Source of the DNA: Eremomyces bilateralis CBS 781.70
Lineage: Eukaryota
Assembly (NCBI GenBank): GCA_010015585.1
Contig: ML975165.1
DNA length: 64,000 bases
Strand: one strand, 5' to 3'
Shown here: in pieces, positions 10,290 to 22,757 of the stretch
Numbering within the stretch: the stretch's first letter is position 1
How the letters are laid out: every line of letters begins with the position of its first letter
Translations under genes and position numbers: made by a program
Notes under the pieces: generated by a model
Seen by the model: only the letters and a program-made list of their open reading frames with translations
Database searches by the model: none
Told to the model about the DNA's origin: nothing

Positions 10290-12493
10290 TTACATCACAT
10301 AAAGCAGGTTCTGGAGGGAGCGATTAGCATCGGTTGACGCCAGGAAGGAGGAGGGTACATACCACGTTCAAGGGGTGGCTGCTGGACAATTGTGGCTTCT
10401 GACTGTACTTTCCGGACAGCTCCGTGCGGATAGAATTGAGGAGCTGCACGTAGCTCTGATGCGGGTTCTTCTTCAGGGCGGTGACGAATGCTAGCGTATG
10501 TTAGCGAGGAATTAGATGGTAGGAGGTGGGCGGTCAACATACCCCAGCTCATGGCACCGGTCGCTTCACCACTGATAGATGCATCGGCCCTAAAGAGTAC
10601 ATGTTAGCTTGAGTTCCTTTCAAGATAGGCGAGCAAGTAAGCAGGTGAAGGACAAAGGCAATGTGACTCCCCGCAAACCTCCGTGGGGTCATCCATGCAA
10701 CGCAACTCGTCGTCCCAAAACCGGCTCTAGCCGACATATCCCCCCTGGTTGGAGGGATATGCAGCCAAGCCGATCTTGGGACGTGAAAGTCGTTCATATC
10801 GTAGCTATATATAGACTCGTACAAATGCTGAAAAAATGCGAAAGACTTTGCGCTCTATGGGGTATATCCTTTCCTCGTCCAAGCGCCTTCGCTATCCAAA
10901 TGCCAAAAAAAGAGAACACCAAGGCGTGCTAAACTGCAGAGAACTCAAAAGAAGGAGGTGGCACGACCCAAGGGTTAAGATACGGATCGGGTGCAAGTGT
11001 AGAATAAGGGGGGGAAGGTGTCAACGAGGGTGGGGTCATGCACGAAGGATCCAAATACGGTTCAAGATAAGGCGAAAGAAAACATCCGTCCACGTACGAA
11101 GTCTGAGTATCCTTGGAGCCGCTCCACATGATCACATCGGCGGGGCTCGTTTTCGTCCGGAGGTTCTTCTTGTAGGTCGCATCTCCCGATGCCGCTCGCT
11201 TCACGAGGCCAAGACCAGTAGAAAGCACTAAGAGATATTAGTCAGGGGATTATATGTGGCCGGAAAGTGGACAACACGTACTGCCACTGATATCACCACG
11301 AGCATATGAAGAGACGATGCCGAGAAGACCTTTTCCAGCTTCTTTCGCGAGGTCGGGCTCTTTGAGAAGACCTTGGGTGGAGTAGATGTAGGGCAAGTCG
11401 AGGGCGGAGCCGGAATGGCAGGAGTCGAAGATCGCAGTGAGGCGGACGCCGGGTTTGAGGCTAGACACCCTGAATGTATGTTAGCGGATAATTCGATTGC
11501 CAAATTGAAAATTGTCATACATTATCTGGTGCATCTCGTCGTCAACGACATGACTAAGAATTGTCAGTAACGCTACTCTGTATCTGGCTATGGAGAACAT
11601 ACCCAGCAGTTCGGAAGTCCACAGGATAGATGACCTCGTCGTGACCGTCTTCTTCATCACCATCCAAGTCGCGAGTCTGACCTCCATGACCAGAATAGTG
11701 GAAGAAGAGGGAATCGTTGGGTTGAGCATCCTTCACAAGCCAGTGCATGGCTCGCAGGATATTCACCTTGGTCGGCTGGCTCATAGGATTTTGTTGGTCA
11801 TCGGTGAGAAGGACCATATCTGAAAACGTCATTAACAAGGGTCGAAGGGATTGGATCGGTCCTCCTACCTTCGCGACGATAGCCGAAGTGCTGGTTGAGG
11901 TAGTTGCTCAAATTCTTGACATCGTTGATGCATCCTCGAAGTTGTCCTCGCTGGCCGAAGTAGTTGATCCCGATCAGTAGCGCTTTTCTTCGACCTGTGC
12001 AATTCGAGTACTGGAAGGTATAGCCACCGGGAGCGCCATGGCCGAACTGTTGGCCGCCTGTGGGTGGAGGAGGGGGGCCCGGCCGAGGGGAATGTGAGGG
12101 CTCTAAAACCTGTCAGATCTGTATCAACACTACAATGGAGAGTACCTACGAGGAGCATATTGCTGTGGAGGGGGTTGCTGGTAGTAATTTTGCTGAGGAG
12201 GGGCATTATAGCCGTAACCTCCTCCTCCATATGCAGGTTGCGAGCTTGGAGGGGGTTGACCGTATGGCTGCGGGCTTGGGGGATGTCCATGGTATTGTGG
12301 CTGCTGTTGCTGCGGGCTATTGCATATATTAGATAGGGGAGGACGACGAACGTGCTCCCATCACTTACGGGTAGCCTTGAGGCGGGTACTGCTGGTATTG
12401 CTGGGGTGGCGGCGCGCCATACTGCTGTTGAGGGGGGCCATACCCGCCCTGCGGAGGGGGTGGACCAGAGTGGTACTGCTGTCCGGGATACAT
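10290..12493 (-). CDS. MCA1: Type I metacaspase (multi-exon)
   Basis: P/Q/Y/G-rich prodomain starting MYPGQQYH. Motifs [13 protein letters not shown], catalytic HYSGHG and [42 protein letters not shown]. Ends [19 protein letters not shown]. Confidence 0.95.
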
Positions 12494-14643
12494 CCGGATG
12501 GAAGATATCAAGTCGAAGACTCTTAACTCTTTGAGATTCTCAGTAGAGAAGTCGCAGGGCTCGATAACTCAACCGAGATCTGCCAAAGGTGGAGAAGCGA
12601 CGGAATATAAACACACGATCTATCTCGACCGGTAGTTCTGGTAAGGGACAGGTGCAGGGCTGTATGGGGCTATGTTTAGACGCGAAAGCGGTTCGAGGGG
12701 ATACAGCACGGTCGGCAACGTCAGTGGACTCCACGCAAAGGCTTCTTCAGGAATAAGAGATGATGTGCAATGGTGATACTGGGAGGTAATCTGTAGGTGT
12801 GTCGGCGGTTGTGGTCGTGATGACCAAGTGTGGGGGAAAGAAACGATACGAGGCCAGTCATGCTGTGGTTCTCCCCTCCCTGCCATTCCCTGCCATTCCT
12901 TTTCGGCGCCCTCAAGGATTTCGCCATCCAGTCGTGATCCAGGGCTTTCAGGCTTCAGTGGAGTCCGTGCGGATGTCAGGGAAACCATTCCTCATCGGGA
13001 CAGAATAAGACGACTTCGAGAGTTGGAGACGAACCATACCATAGTAGACACCGCTGATTAGCATCCGAATGCTATGCGTCATCCACTCAATCTTGACAAA
13101 AGTTTGACTGTTCATAGATAATATGCATATTTCGCGATATTGCAAGGCGCGGTGACCCCATCTACTCTGTCAGGGACAGCCTGGAATCTACAATATCTGC
13201 CAGCCACCTGGTGGCTTCATCATCCTCGATTCAGCAATGCGACGCCCAAACGGCTATCCCGAAAGCCTCAATGGAGGTTCAATAGATTTGATAATCATAT
13301 CACGAAATACATTTAGAGAGGCCCTCGTCGGGGTAGGATTCCCCATCCGAGCGCTCTGCGTTGCTCCAATCGAATGCTTGCTCGCTTCCAAGACCTCAAA
13401 CCAACCACTCGGGATTCCTAGGCTGAGGCTCATCGCGGTCGGTCCTGTGTAAGGAAAGAATCGCATGTGGACTGACATAACCGGAGCGCCTTTTCAGGTT
13501 AGCCGGCTCATGAGGCTACAAAGCTGCATGAAACGCACACATTTCTTTCCGTAGGCACGCGAACCGGCCGGGAAATCGGAGGGAATATCCATCCGTCCCA
13601 TAAATCCCATTGGATACTTCGGCGCGCCGAGGAGAAAGTCTGCGATTCCCATGCACGTCTGACGGCTGACCGACTAAGACCGAGAGACCGTCCAGCACGA
13701 GCGCCTAGCCAGATCAGGGCAAGTCATGGAAGCTTTCTCGAAGATGCGAAGAAACGTGGCTTGCGTCGAAGCTGGCAAGGATCGGCGGCCATCACCGAGT
13801 TGCTGCTCGTGAACGTTCAAAAACATGAGGTAATCCACGCCGCAGACATGGCGGTTGCATAATATGATTGAATAATGTGACCGTCGCTTTTATTCAGCGT
13901 ATCTGCCAGGATCCAAGGTACGATACTGTTAAGAGAGCAAAACGGCGGTAAAGCCTCTCTGCTCCGCCGCAGGTTCTTCGCATCGTGAGATGTTGCTAAA
14001 TTTGGATGGATGGTGGACGTGTGGCTTCATGTTCAGTCTCTTCGTCGCTATTGTTGCCCAAATTCATCCATGACATGTGATTTTGATCAGAACTTATACC
14101 ATTGCGATGTTGAGCTGACGAACAACGCAACATTCGTGTCAATGAACCGTGGCTGTGGTGCATAGGATAGGATAGGGTTCACCGTTTATATGACAATCTT
14201 GATGACATATTTTAGATCAGTTTGACATATAACAAATGGCCAGATGAGAGAAAGGGCGTAGTATTACAACTCAGTGGCTCGCGGAGGAGAGAATGGACAC
14301 TCGGATTTAGGAAACGACTGGAAGCTCTTTATCGTATTCCCCAGAGTCGATGCACCGGTTGCTGTATGTATGAATTTGGATGATTTTCCCAGACCAGTCT
14401 AAGGGCAACACGACTCGATAGCATGAAACAAGAGATAAGACCTTTGGTACGGTTGGTAAGTCGGTTTAAAAGCAAATGCAAAAGTGATCTCTTTTATTCT
14501 TGTGAAAGGGCCATCCAAGGATGGTGGACAAGTAAAGTCCATAGTGTTTACTATACAGTATCAATCAGGCGAGGACATCTCAAAACACCACCCCTTATAC
14601 CAAGTTGATGTCCCGTACTTAACTATGCATGCATCCACGTTCT

Positions 14644-16961
14644 CTATGACCCCCGCTCGCCAAACTCGTTAGCCCACTCCTCGAATTGCTGCAGTCCCCG
14701 CGTCGTCACGCTCGGCTTGATCGCCGCCAAACTCGCCTCGAAGTCCTCGAACTGAATCGGCCGGATCTCATCCATCGTCATTTCCAGCAGCCGCTCGCCC
14801 AGGCTGCGGAGCGGACCCATGGCGGCATCCTTCGCAAGCGCCGTGATGTCGGAGCCCGAGTACCCTGAATGATGTCCGATTAGCACGTTGATCCACGCAA
14901 GCAATAAACATCAGCGACCTACCCTCAGATCTCTCCACTAGCTTCGCGATGTCTTCGTCGCTCAACCCATGCTTCTGATGGCTCAACAACCCCCTCATCT
15001 GCACCTCCCGCGTCTCTTTCTCGGGCAACGGGATATACTGCCTCCTTACAAACCGCCGTCTCGCCGCCTCGTCAATTGCCCACGGCATATTCGTCGCCGC
15101 CAACACCAGTACCCGACTCGCCAATTCCCGCTCCTTCTCCCCCTCACCGGGCCTCCCCGCCGCCGCCCGCGCCAGGTCGCTCCACTGGATCAGAAACTCC
15201 GTCTTCACCCGCCGCGTCGCGTCGTGCTCGCCTTCGCGCCGCGTGCCGAGCAGCGCGTCAATTTCGTCCACGAAGATGATGCTGGGCGCGAGGGCCCGCG
15301 CGAGCGCGAACAGCGCACGGACTAGCTTCTCGCTCTCGCCGAGCCACTTGCTGGTCAGGCTGGCGGCGCTGATGGCGAAGAAGGTGCTCTTGCTCTCGGT
15401 GGCGACGGCGCGGGCGAGCATGGTCTTGCCGGTACCGGGGGGACCGAAGAGGAGGAGGCCGCGGGCGGGCTCGCGGAGGCCGTGGAAGAGGTCAGGGCGG
15501 AGGAAGGGATAGATGACGGTTTCCTTGAGGGTGCGCTTGGCGGAGGAGAGGCCGGCGATGTCGCTGAAATAGACGGTGTCGCCGTCGTAGACAATTTCGT
15601 GGACGATTTGGTTGGCGGCATCGCGGTCGATGCCGTTCGGGAGTTCTTTGAGGACGGAGGCTACGCGGCGGTTCCATTCGGATTGCCCGGTACCAGGCGG
15701 TGGTTCGATGATGGATGCAACGGTTTCATCCTCAGGGGATTCTGGTGCTGAGGTTGGTTGATCCCCACTAGGAGAACGAGGTCTGCGTGCCTTCTGCGAC
15801 CTCGTCGATCCCTCGCCCCTTTTCATTGCCGTATTTGAAGCTTGGTCGGGTCGGCGCTGCTGAAGTTGCTTTCGCGAGATCGCGGGAGTTCGTGCGGGTG
15901 ATTCAGATAAGTGCTTCCTCTCCATATCAAGAGCGCCGAGCCTGCCCTTGGAGCCATGACCCAAGCGTTCCCCCAACGATAGACTCGAACTAGACTGGTT
16001 GGGCTTCCTTGGTTCCACGTGGTTGACCGTGTTATTCGACGGCCAGCCGGTGTCGTTGGAATTCTTAATAGCGGCCTTGGCTGAACTGGCGGGTAGGTCG
16101 TATGACGAGGTAGCTGATAACATCTCGGTCGACTTCGACAACGATTGGGCCGCCGTGGGATCGATCTTTTCCGACGGCGCCAATTCATACGCAGACGTCG
16201 CCTTCGTCCCCCAAGCTTGCGTAGCCGCCTGTGCTGCATGCGGCTTCGACGGCGACCCAAACGCCCTGGTAGACGATGGCGTTGGTTTCCTCGCGGCACC
16301 CGGCTGACGCAGTGTCTTCAGCAGCATCCCGCGCTTCTCAGGGCTCGATGACCGCAAGGACTTCGTCTCGGGATCTCTGCCGCTGCGGGTCGAGCTTTCT
16401 GAACGATTCTTGGTTAACGGAGGCCGCGATGACTCCCCGACGCTGGCGGACGAAGGGGCACGGTACGGTAACGAGGGAGGTTTCGACAACGCCGGAAAGG
16501 CGAACGGTTCCACAGTGCCCGAACCGAGCCATTTTGAAGTGTCCACTCCTCCAGCTGTCGCTGTGGTACTGTAGCTTGGTGATCCCCTTCTCTCCTGTCC
16601 CGAACCATCTCCAGTCGATGGCGCCACCTCTCGGGTCTGTTGAAGTGCCTCCAGCAGGTCCACCCGTTCCTTGCATTGCAGCTCCAATTCCTTCAGCGAG
16701 TCATCCAGGGCCTTCTCGGTCTCAGTCTTCGGTCGAAAGTTCGAAGGGAGCTTGAAGGCCTTGTGGTAGTGGAGTTGGTCGAGAGCGTTCTTCCAGGCGC
16801 GCAGGGCTTCGGCTTCGTTGTTCTGATGGCTCGTTTCAGTGGAGGATTTCATAAGCAGGAATAGACCGACATACCTTGCCTTCGAAGTACACGGCAGTAG
16901 AGCATATGAGATAACAATCATCGTATGTCTTTTGGAGAATGGTGGACGGCTTGCCCTTCAT
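14644..16961 (-). CDS. Spastin/fidgetin-like AAA ATPase (Sap1/Yta6 type) with Vps4-like C-terminus
   Basis: Exon 1 MKGKPSTILQKTYDDCYLICSTAVYFEGK, then NNEAEALRAW. Walker A GPPGTGKT, Walker B IIFVDEID, second region of homology ATNMPWAIDEAARRRF. Last exon GYSGSDITALAKDAAMGPLR...WANEFGERGS*. Confidence 0.9.
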
Positions 16962-17858
16962 CTTCCTGGTTGGAGAATGGAGATTGTTCTACTTGCCCCT
17001 CGTCACGGAGACAGCAGGCATGCGTGCATCGATCGCAATGTTAGTCTCAACTCGGGATGGATTCCATATGATGGGTTTTCAGATATTAGAAAACGCAAGA
17101 TGTATGGTTGCGTGATTTGCCTGAGTTGAAGTGATGAACTGAGATCCTGATATGGCGAGGAGCCACTGGAGGAGCCACTGGCGATTTGCGGGGTGACGTC
17201 GCTGTGGTGTCTTGCATGCCATAACGATGAACACAGGAAAGGTACTCTTTAGGGTCGTCTTGTTTAAAGAACACATGAACGATCTGAACCGCAGAAGGCT
17301 AGACGCTTATATCTAGGATTCAATATCTATTTCTGCTATTCGTATCACAATCCATAAAACATGTTCATGCAACGCTGGTCTTATTGTCAGCATGGCTGCA
17401 AGCAATGTCACGTGCCGAATTACTCTATGCCGTTGTAATTGCGCCGACTCGCCATAAACACAGCGATGCTCAAATATCGTTTCTATCAGCTATGGTACAG
17501 TTCCGATAACTCCGACACCAAGGCCGCCGAACCTAAAGAGTCGAGTTGGATCGTCAAGCCGCCATCAGCGCCACGCTGCCGCCCGTCCTGAGCACCATAT
17601 TCTGGCTCACGACGGGACCAAGGAAATCGTCGGATGCGACGTCGCTCACCGGGAACGGCGAGGGATATGGCCGTCCCCGGCCGATGCCCGGTTGGTGGAC
17701 CGCATCGTGCAACCATCGCACGGGTTAAAAACACACACTTAAATGCCTGAGCCAGACTGTCTACATGGATTCCAAGATAGTAACCCAATCGCCGCGCTCC
17801 TAAGTGTCGAACTCCGCAAACGAGAGGTCGATGACTGTCGTTAGACAGCGCGAGTGTA

Positions 17859-19158
17859 TCATTCGGGGTTCTGTCGCTTCGCCTCGGCGAGGAACGCCGC
17901 TTTGAGGACTTCGTAACCGGACCTGATGAAAAGTGAGCGAAATATCCGGATATGGGGAAATACGACGTCCTTACCAGCAAATCGCCGTACTTGGCATGGC
18001 GGCGAGGACTCGAGGTTTTAACCCTCGAAAGAACCCGGACATGCCTTCTCGACGGAGGATGACCGCCGCCGCGTCCCGGATTCCGGACACATTTCGCAGC
18101 TCCGGGTCCATCGCCGAGCCTCTCGTCTGTAAGGTGGTCTTAATGACGTCTAAGGGCGTGGTTGCAGCCGCTGCAAGCCCGCCTGCAAGAGCGCCAGCAC
18201 CACAATGGGTGACGGGGTCGTACTTCCCGGAAGGATTCCAGTACTTGGATATTGAGTCGTACGCGAGGATTTGGAAGCCGTTGAACGGGATCATGATCGA
18301 GATGGAGGTAGGGTATGAAATGTAGAAGGATCGAAGTCCCTCGGTTCTCCATAGTGACTGGGCGCAGTTGACGATCGACCTGTGTTCGGAGCCTTGTAGT
18401 TGCATTCGTTGTTTGATGACTGTAAATCGTGAGCCAATTGCACCAATTCGAGTATGTGGGCGAGATACATACCATCAAATGGGTTCATTATGGCCTCCCC
18501 GCCAATCGCCGCCGCCACACCAGCAGAAACTAGAATCCGTCAGCGCCATTCCAAATATATTCCGCGAGCAAACCCACATGAAGCGACTGGATGATGTTCA
18601 TTTCCGCCGCCGCCCATTACATCTTTTATTTTTTCGTATGCCGTGAAGTGCACCGCGTGTGCCGGACCTAGCGACGTCAGCGTTCAGCTCGACCCCGGTG
18701 CGGGAATCCGAGATCACCAACCTGCCCCAATTGCCACGCTCGATATCCCTCGCCATAGTGTGAGGAGGCCTTCTCGCCGTGTGATGGTGACGACTGCATC
18801 GGATAATCCGTTGTATATCCCCGATGGTGATGGGCTCATAATTTGCATTCGAGTCTGCAAGAATTGTGGTTAGGTGGTGGAGCTGTAGGGAACGCCTTAT
18901 GTCTCACCTTCAGTAGGTCAACTGGATACATGGCCGTGTGTTCCTATTGTACGAGTTAGACCGTAGCCTCATAGTCGGCCGAAATATTCCATACCAGAAT
19001 GCCTGCGAAGGCTCCAGCCAGCATATTTGCTCCCCATGAGAAGTTTGGCGGCAAACTCTCATATCTATGACCTCGATCAGTTACCACGACCTCCAAGGCG
19101 GAAGTAGTTCCTCTTACTCGTAGCCAGCATCATGGGGAAGTGCCTCGGATGCGGACAT
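17859..19158 (-). CDS. MRS3: Mitochondrial iron carrier (mitoferrin, Mrs3/Mrs4); multi-exon
   Basis: YEYESLPPNFS..NMLAGAFAGIL|EHTAMYPVDLLK|TRMQ, GPAHAVHF, MNPFD, TTPLDVIKTTLQ, MPSTAICW|SGYEVLK. Three Px[D/E]xxK carrier signatures. Confidence 0.92.
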
Positions 19159-19783
19159 AAGCCGCGACGGTGGGATTACGGCGGAGGTATCCAGATTGTC
19201 GGCGTTGCCAGGTGAATAACACCTTGTGAATAGGATTCGCGTATTTCGACGGTCGCCCGAAACCTCTCCGGACACTCTCGGGTGGTCGAATACGATATGC
19301 AATTGGATGTAGAGAAGTCGGATTGCCAGCCAACTTAAAGACGAAGAAGAGAAACAGCAGACAGACTGGGGGGGACTGGAAATGGGTAGAAAACTGGTGA
19401 CGAGACTTTTGGGGGTTCTTACGCGGACGGGGTAAGGTGAATGGAGTGTGGACTGTAGGAGCGATTCCTGGTGCAAGGGAAAGATCTGATAAAGTGATAA
19501 TCTTGGTTTCTTTAGATCTTTTCACAGGCCAAGACCCTAAGCCACCTCAGCGTCACTCGCCGACTCTCCGAAATCGCGGCTGTGGTATTGCCGCATCCCG
19601 GTCATTTCTATGCCGCGCCAACTATCCGTGGAACTTTTCTTCACATGAGAGTTTGCCCGAATATCCATCCCAACAATTATAAATCTGGGAATGCACATAA
19701 AGACGAATTCTTTGCATAATCGGGTAGAGTATTGTCGGTAGTAGCTGCTGTATTCCCTCCATCCATATCCTCGGCTCCCCAAT

Positions 19784-21144
19784 ATGGCGTCCGCAAACGA
19801 TAAAGCAAGGTTCTACCTGGAGCAGTCCGTCCCTGACCTTCGCGAATATGAACGGAAGGCCATCTTCACCAGAGTATGCCTCCTCGCGCCTATCCACCGT
19901 CTACATGCTCAAATTTTCCCTAGGATGAAATCTCCGCTATCACCCGCAAACGAGCCGGCTTCGAGCACGTTCTCAACTCCCCCGGCGCCCCGGCGCCCAC
20001 CTTCGCTCGCTACGCCGAATACGAAATGAACCTCGACACCCTGCGTCAAAAGCGCGTCAAGCGTCTGGGGATCAAGGACCGCGATCACTCCGGCCAGAAG
20101 CGGATCTTCTCCATCCTCAACCGGGCGACCAAGCGGCATCGCGGAGATGTGGGGTTGTGGATGCAGTATATCGAATACGCGAGGAAGGAACGCGCGCACA
20201 AGCGGCTCGAGGAAATCTTGACGAGCGTGCTGCGTCTGCATCCGACGAAGCCGCAGCTGTGGATCTACGCCGCGCGGTATGCGGCCGAGAGCGATGGGGA
20301 TGTCGCGGCCGGGCGGAATTACTTGCAGCGCGGGCTCCGGTTCTGTGTCAAATGCAGGTCGTTGTGGCTGGAGTACATGAAACTGGAGATGCTATACATC
20401 GCGAAGATCGAAGGGCGTCGGCAAGTTTTCGGAGGCCATATAAAGATCGCGGCGAAATCTCAGTCAGAGCAGGAGGAGGGAGCGGACGCCGATATGATCC
20501 AACTGCCGGACGGATCTGAGGAAGCACTCGCAGGAGACGCATCGGAGCTTGCATCAGATTCCATCGACAAACTCGAACCGATTTTGAACGGAGCAATCCC
20601 CATTGCGGTTTTCGACGCTGCTATGAAGGACTTCGACTTCGACTTGAGTCTTGCCGAAGAGATATTTGACATGATCACGGACTTCTCATCCCTCCCATGC
20701 TCGCGCACCATCCTCCAGCACATCTGGAGCGAAATGGAGGAGCAGGCCGAAGACGATCCGTTGACGATCCTCTGCTCGCTCAGAATGGTTTTGATGGGAG
20801 CGGATCCCACCGATCCCGAATTTCCATCGACGCTGGGAGCCACCCTGGCTCGCATCAACGGTCTTCTCAAAAACAATCCACTTGCCCCTCAGATGGCATA
20901 TCGGACTATATCCTCCCTGCTCGCGTTCCTCAGGAACGAAGAACTGGATTCCGCCTTGCGCAAGGTGCTAGGAGCATCGGTGCGCCGACTCACGAAAGAG
21001 GCGGAGGAGGGACATCAAAAGTCCGAAGAGCATTCACTAGGCGCCCTGCTTCTAAAGCTGGAGAAGGCCAATCGAGCGGAAGACGCCCATGCATTGAAAG
21101 AACTGCTACCAACCAAACACACCCAAGTCGTTTCAGTCGGCTGA
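19784..21144 (+). CDS. UTP6: U3 snoRNA-associated protein 6 (HAT repeats); one intron near 19873-19923
   Basis: MASANDKARFYLEQSVPDLREYERKAIFTR|DEISAITRKRAGFEH. HAT motifs LWMQYIEYAR, LRLHPTKPQLWIYAA, LQRGLRFC, LWLEYMKLE. Confidence 0.92.
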
Positions 21145-21165
21145 TGCAAGGAAACACGTTGATGC

Positions 21166-21846
21166 TTAGTCATCCCCACGACGGCTGGCCTTCTTGCTAC
21201 TATGATACCTTTTCTCCTTCAACCGCGATTCGTTCGCCTCTTTGGCTCTACCCATCACCGTCAGCAACGATTCACCTCATCAACCGAAGCACCTACAGAT
21301 TCTCGATCCGCTTTTTCTTCGACTCGGGCGTTTCGGCGGGGATATGTTCCCGGCCGAGGTCCGCGACCAGATGAAACAGCTTCGCGTGGCAGCTCTGCGT
21401 GTTCTCGCTCTGCTTCCGCGACTCGTCGGACTGGATGACGATGTCGTTGGATTTCTTGGCGACGTGGGGATCCTGCAGGAGCGGGGCGCGGAGGAGCGGG
21501 GGAACGAGCGGGAGGAGACGGTCGAGTGCGATGCGGAGGGTGGCTTTTGAGTTGACTCTGGGCGGGCAACGGGTCGTGATTAGATATTGGGAGGAGGATC
21601 GGGGGTGGGGGGTTGTTACTTATTCACATTTTGGCCGCCGGGCCCGGAGGAGCGGCTGTAGGTCACTTCGCAGATCGACTCCGGGATGGATTTCGGATTG
21701 AAGTCGTTCAGCCAGCGCCGGGCGCCCCGCAGCTCATCGTCAGACGGCGGGACCTGGTGCCGAAAGGACCGGGAAAGGATCGGATAGACCGGAGGGTTAT
21801 ATACAATCGCATTTGCCTTTCGGAATAAATGCCGCATTAAAGCCAT
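21166..21846 (-). CDS. PTH4: Mitochondrial ribosome-rescue peptidyl-tRNA hydrolase (ICT1/Pth4, RF-1 family); three exons
   Basis: YSRSSGPGGQNVNK|VNSKATLR (GGQ motif), IVIQSDESRKQSENTQSC, and a basic tail RLKEKRYHSSKKASRRGDD*. Confidence 0.88.
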
Positions 21847-22757
21847 ATTCGATGAGGATCCGTCCCAGTATCACAGGTGCATGAAAGTTATGTGAAGATG
21901 TCAATGAAACCCAAGAACCATCAATTTCCGGGACAAGAGCACCATCGACTATGGACAATTTCTATGCAAGTCCAATTCGGGATTGCGCACTCAAGTACCA
22001 TCGGTTAATGGTAAAGGAAAGTCGGATCATCAATCGTATCGTACAGGTACTGTGCCACAATGTTGACAGGAATTGTGTGGGTGCTTGTGCCAGTGATTGA
22101 TGGCTATGGATGATGCATTGATATTTGATGCTTGCCTGTATTACATAATCCGAACCACGCATGGCATATCCCGCCAGAAACTTGCAGTGACAAGAGTTTG
22201 AAATGGTCGACCCATGAATTCAAGGATCGACAACATTGCTCTCCGTTGGCCCTGACATTTGCAGTATGGCGTCCAGCAGAGCAGGCCTGTTCTTTGTAAA
22301 ATTGGTGTGTCCATCTGGCAAGCGGTAGAGATGTTGCGAGCCAGTAGAATCGTGGCTTTGCCGCCCAAGGCCGAATCCCAGAATTCCTCATCCGGACCAG
22401 TCGTTGGAAGCCCATCCAGACCCAAACGGTCCTTGCTTTGGACTCAAGCTTCGATTTCAAACCTTTGGAGTCAGATATCATGGCAGGCATTAACGCACAG
22501 AAAACATGGCGTTTCATCATTATTTCTTGTAGAGGTCCTCGGGTCTGAATCTGTTCAAGCCACAGGGTAGATCAAGCCTTGCGGCCAAAGGAAGCCTTAT
22601 GGAGTCCGGAATGCAAATTGCCTGCTCGATCGGGCTAATGTATATCCCAATCCCATCATACGTTCCTTCGTAATCGAAAATCCAATTGTCCTCCCTCAAG
22701 AAAATCTTCCCTGCAATGAGCCGAATTCGAGTAGACCGCGTGGGGGGACCTTTGTAA

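Noticed and set aside
13200..14100. Possible further gene relic upstream of the metacaspase
   Set aside because: Short broken frames with no motif I could recognise.
17157..17180. 12-bp direct repeat GAGGAGCCACTG x2 upstream of the AAA ATPase
   Set aside because: Only two copies; most likely a slippage duplication with no evidence of function.
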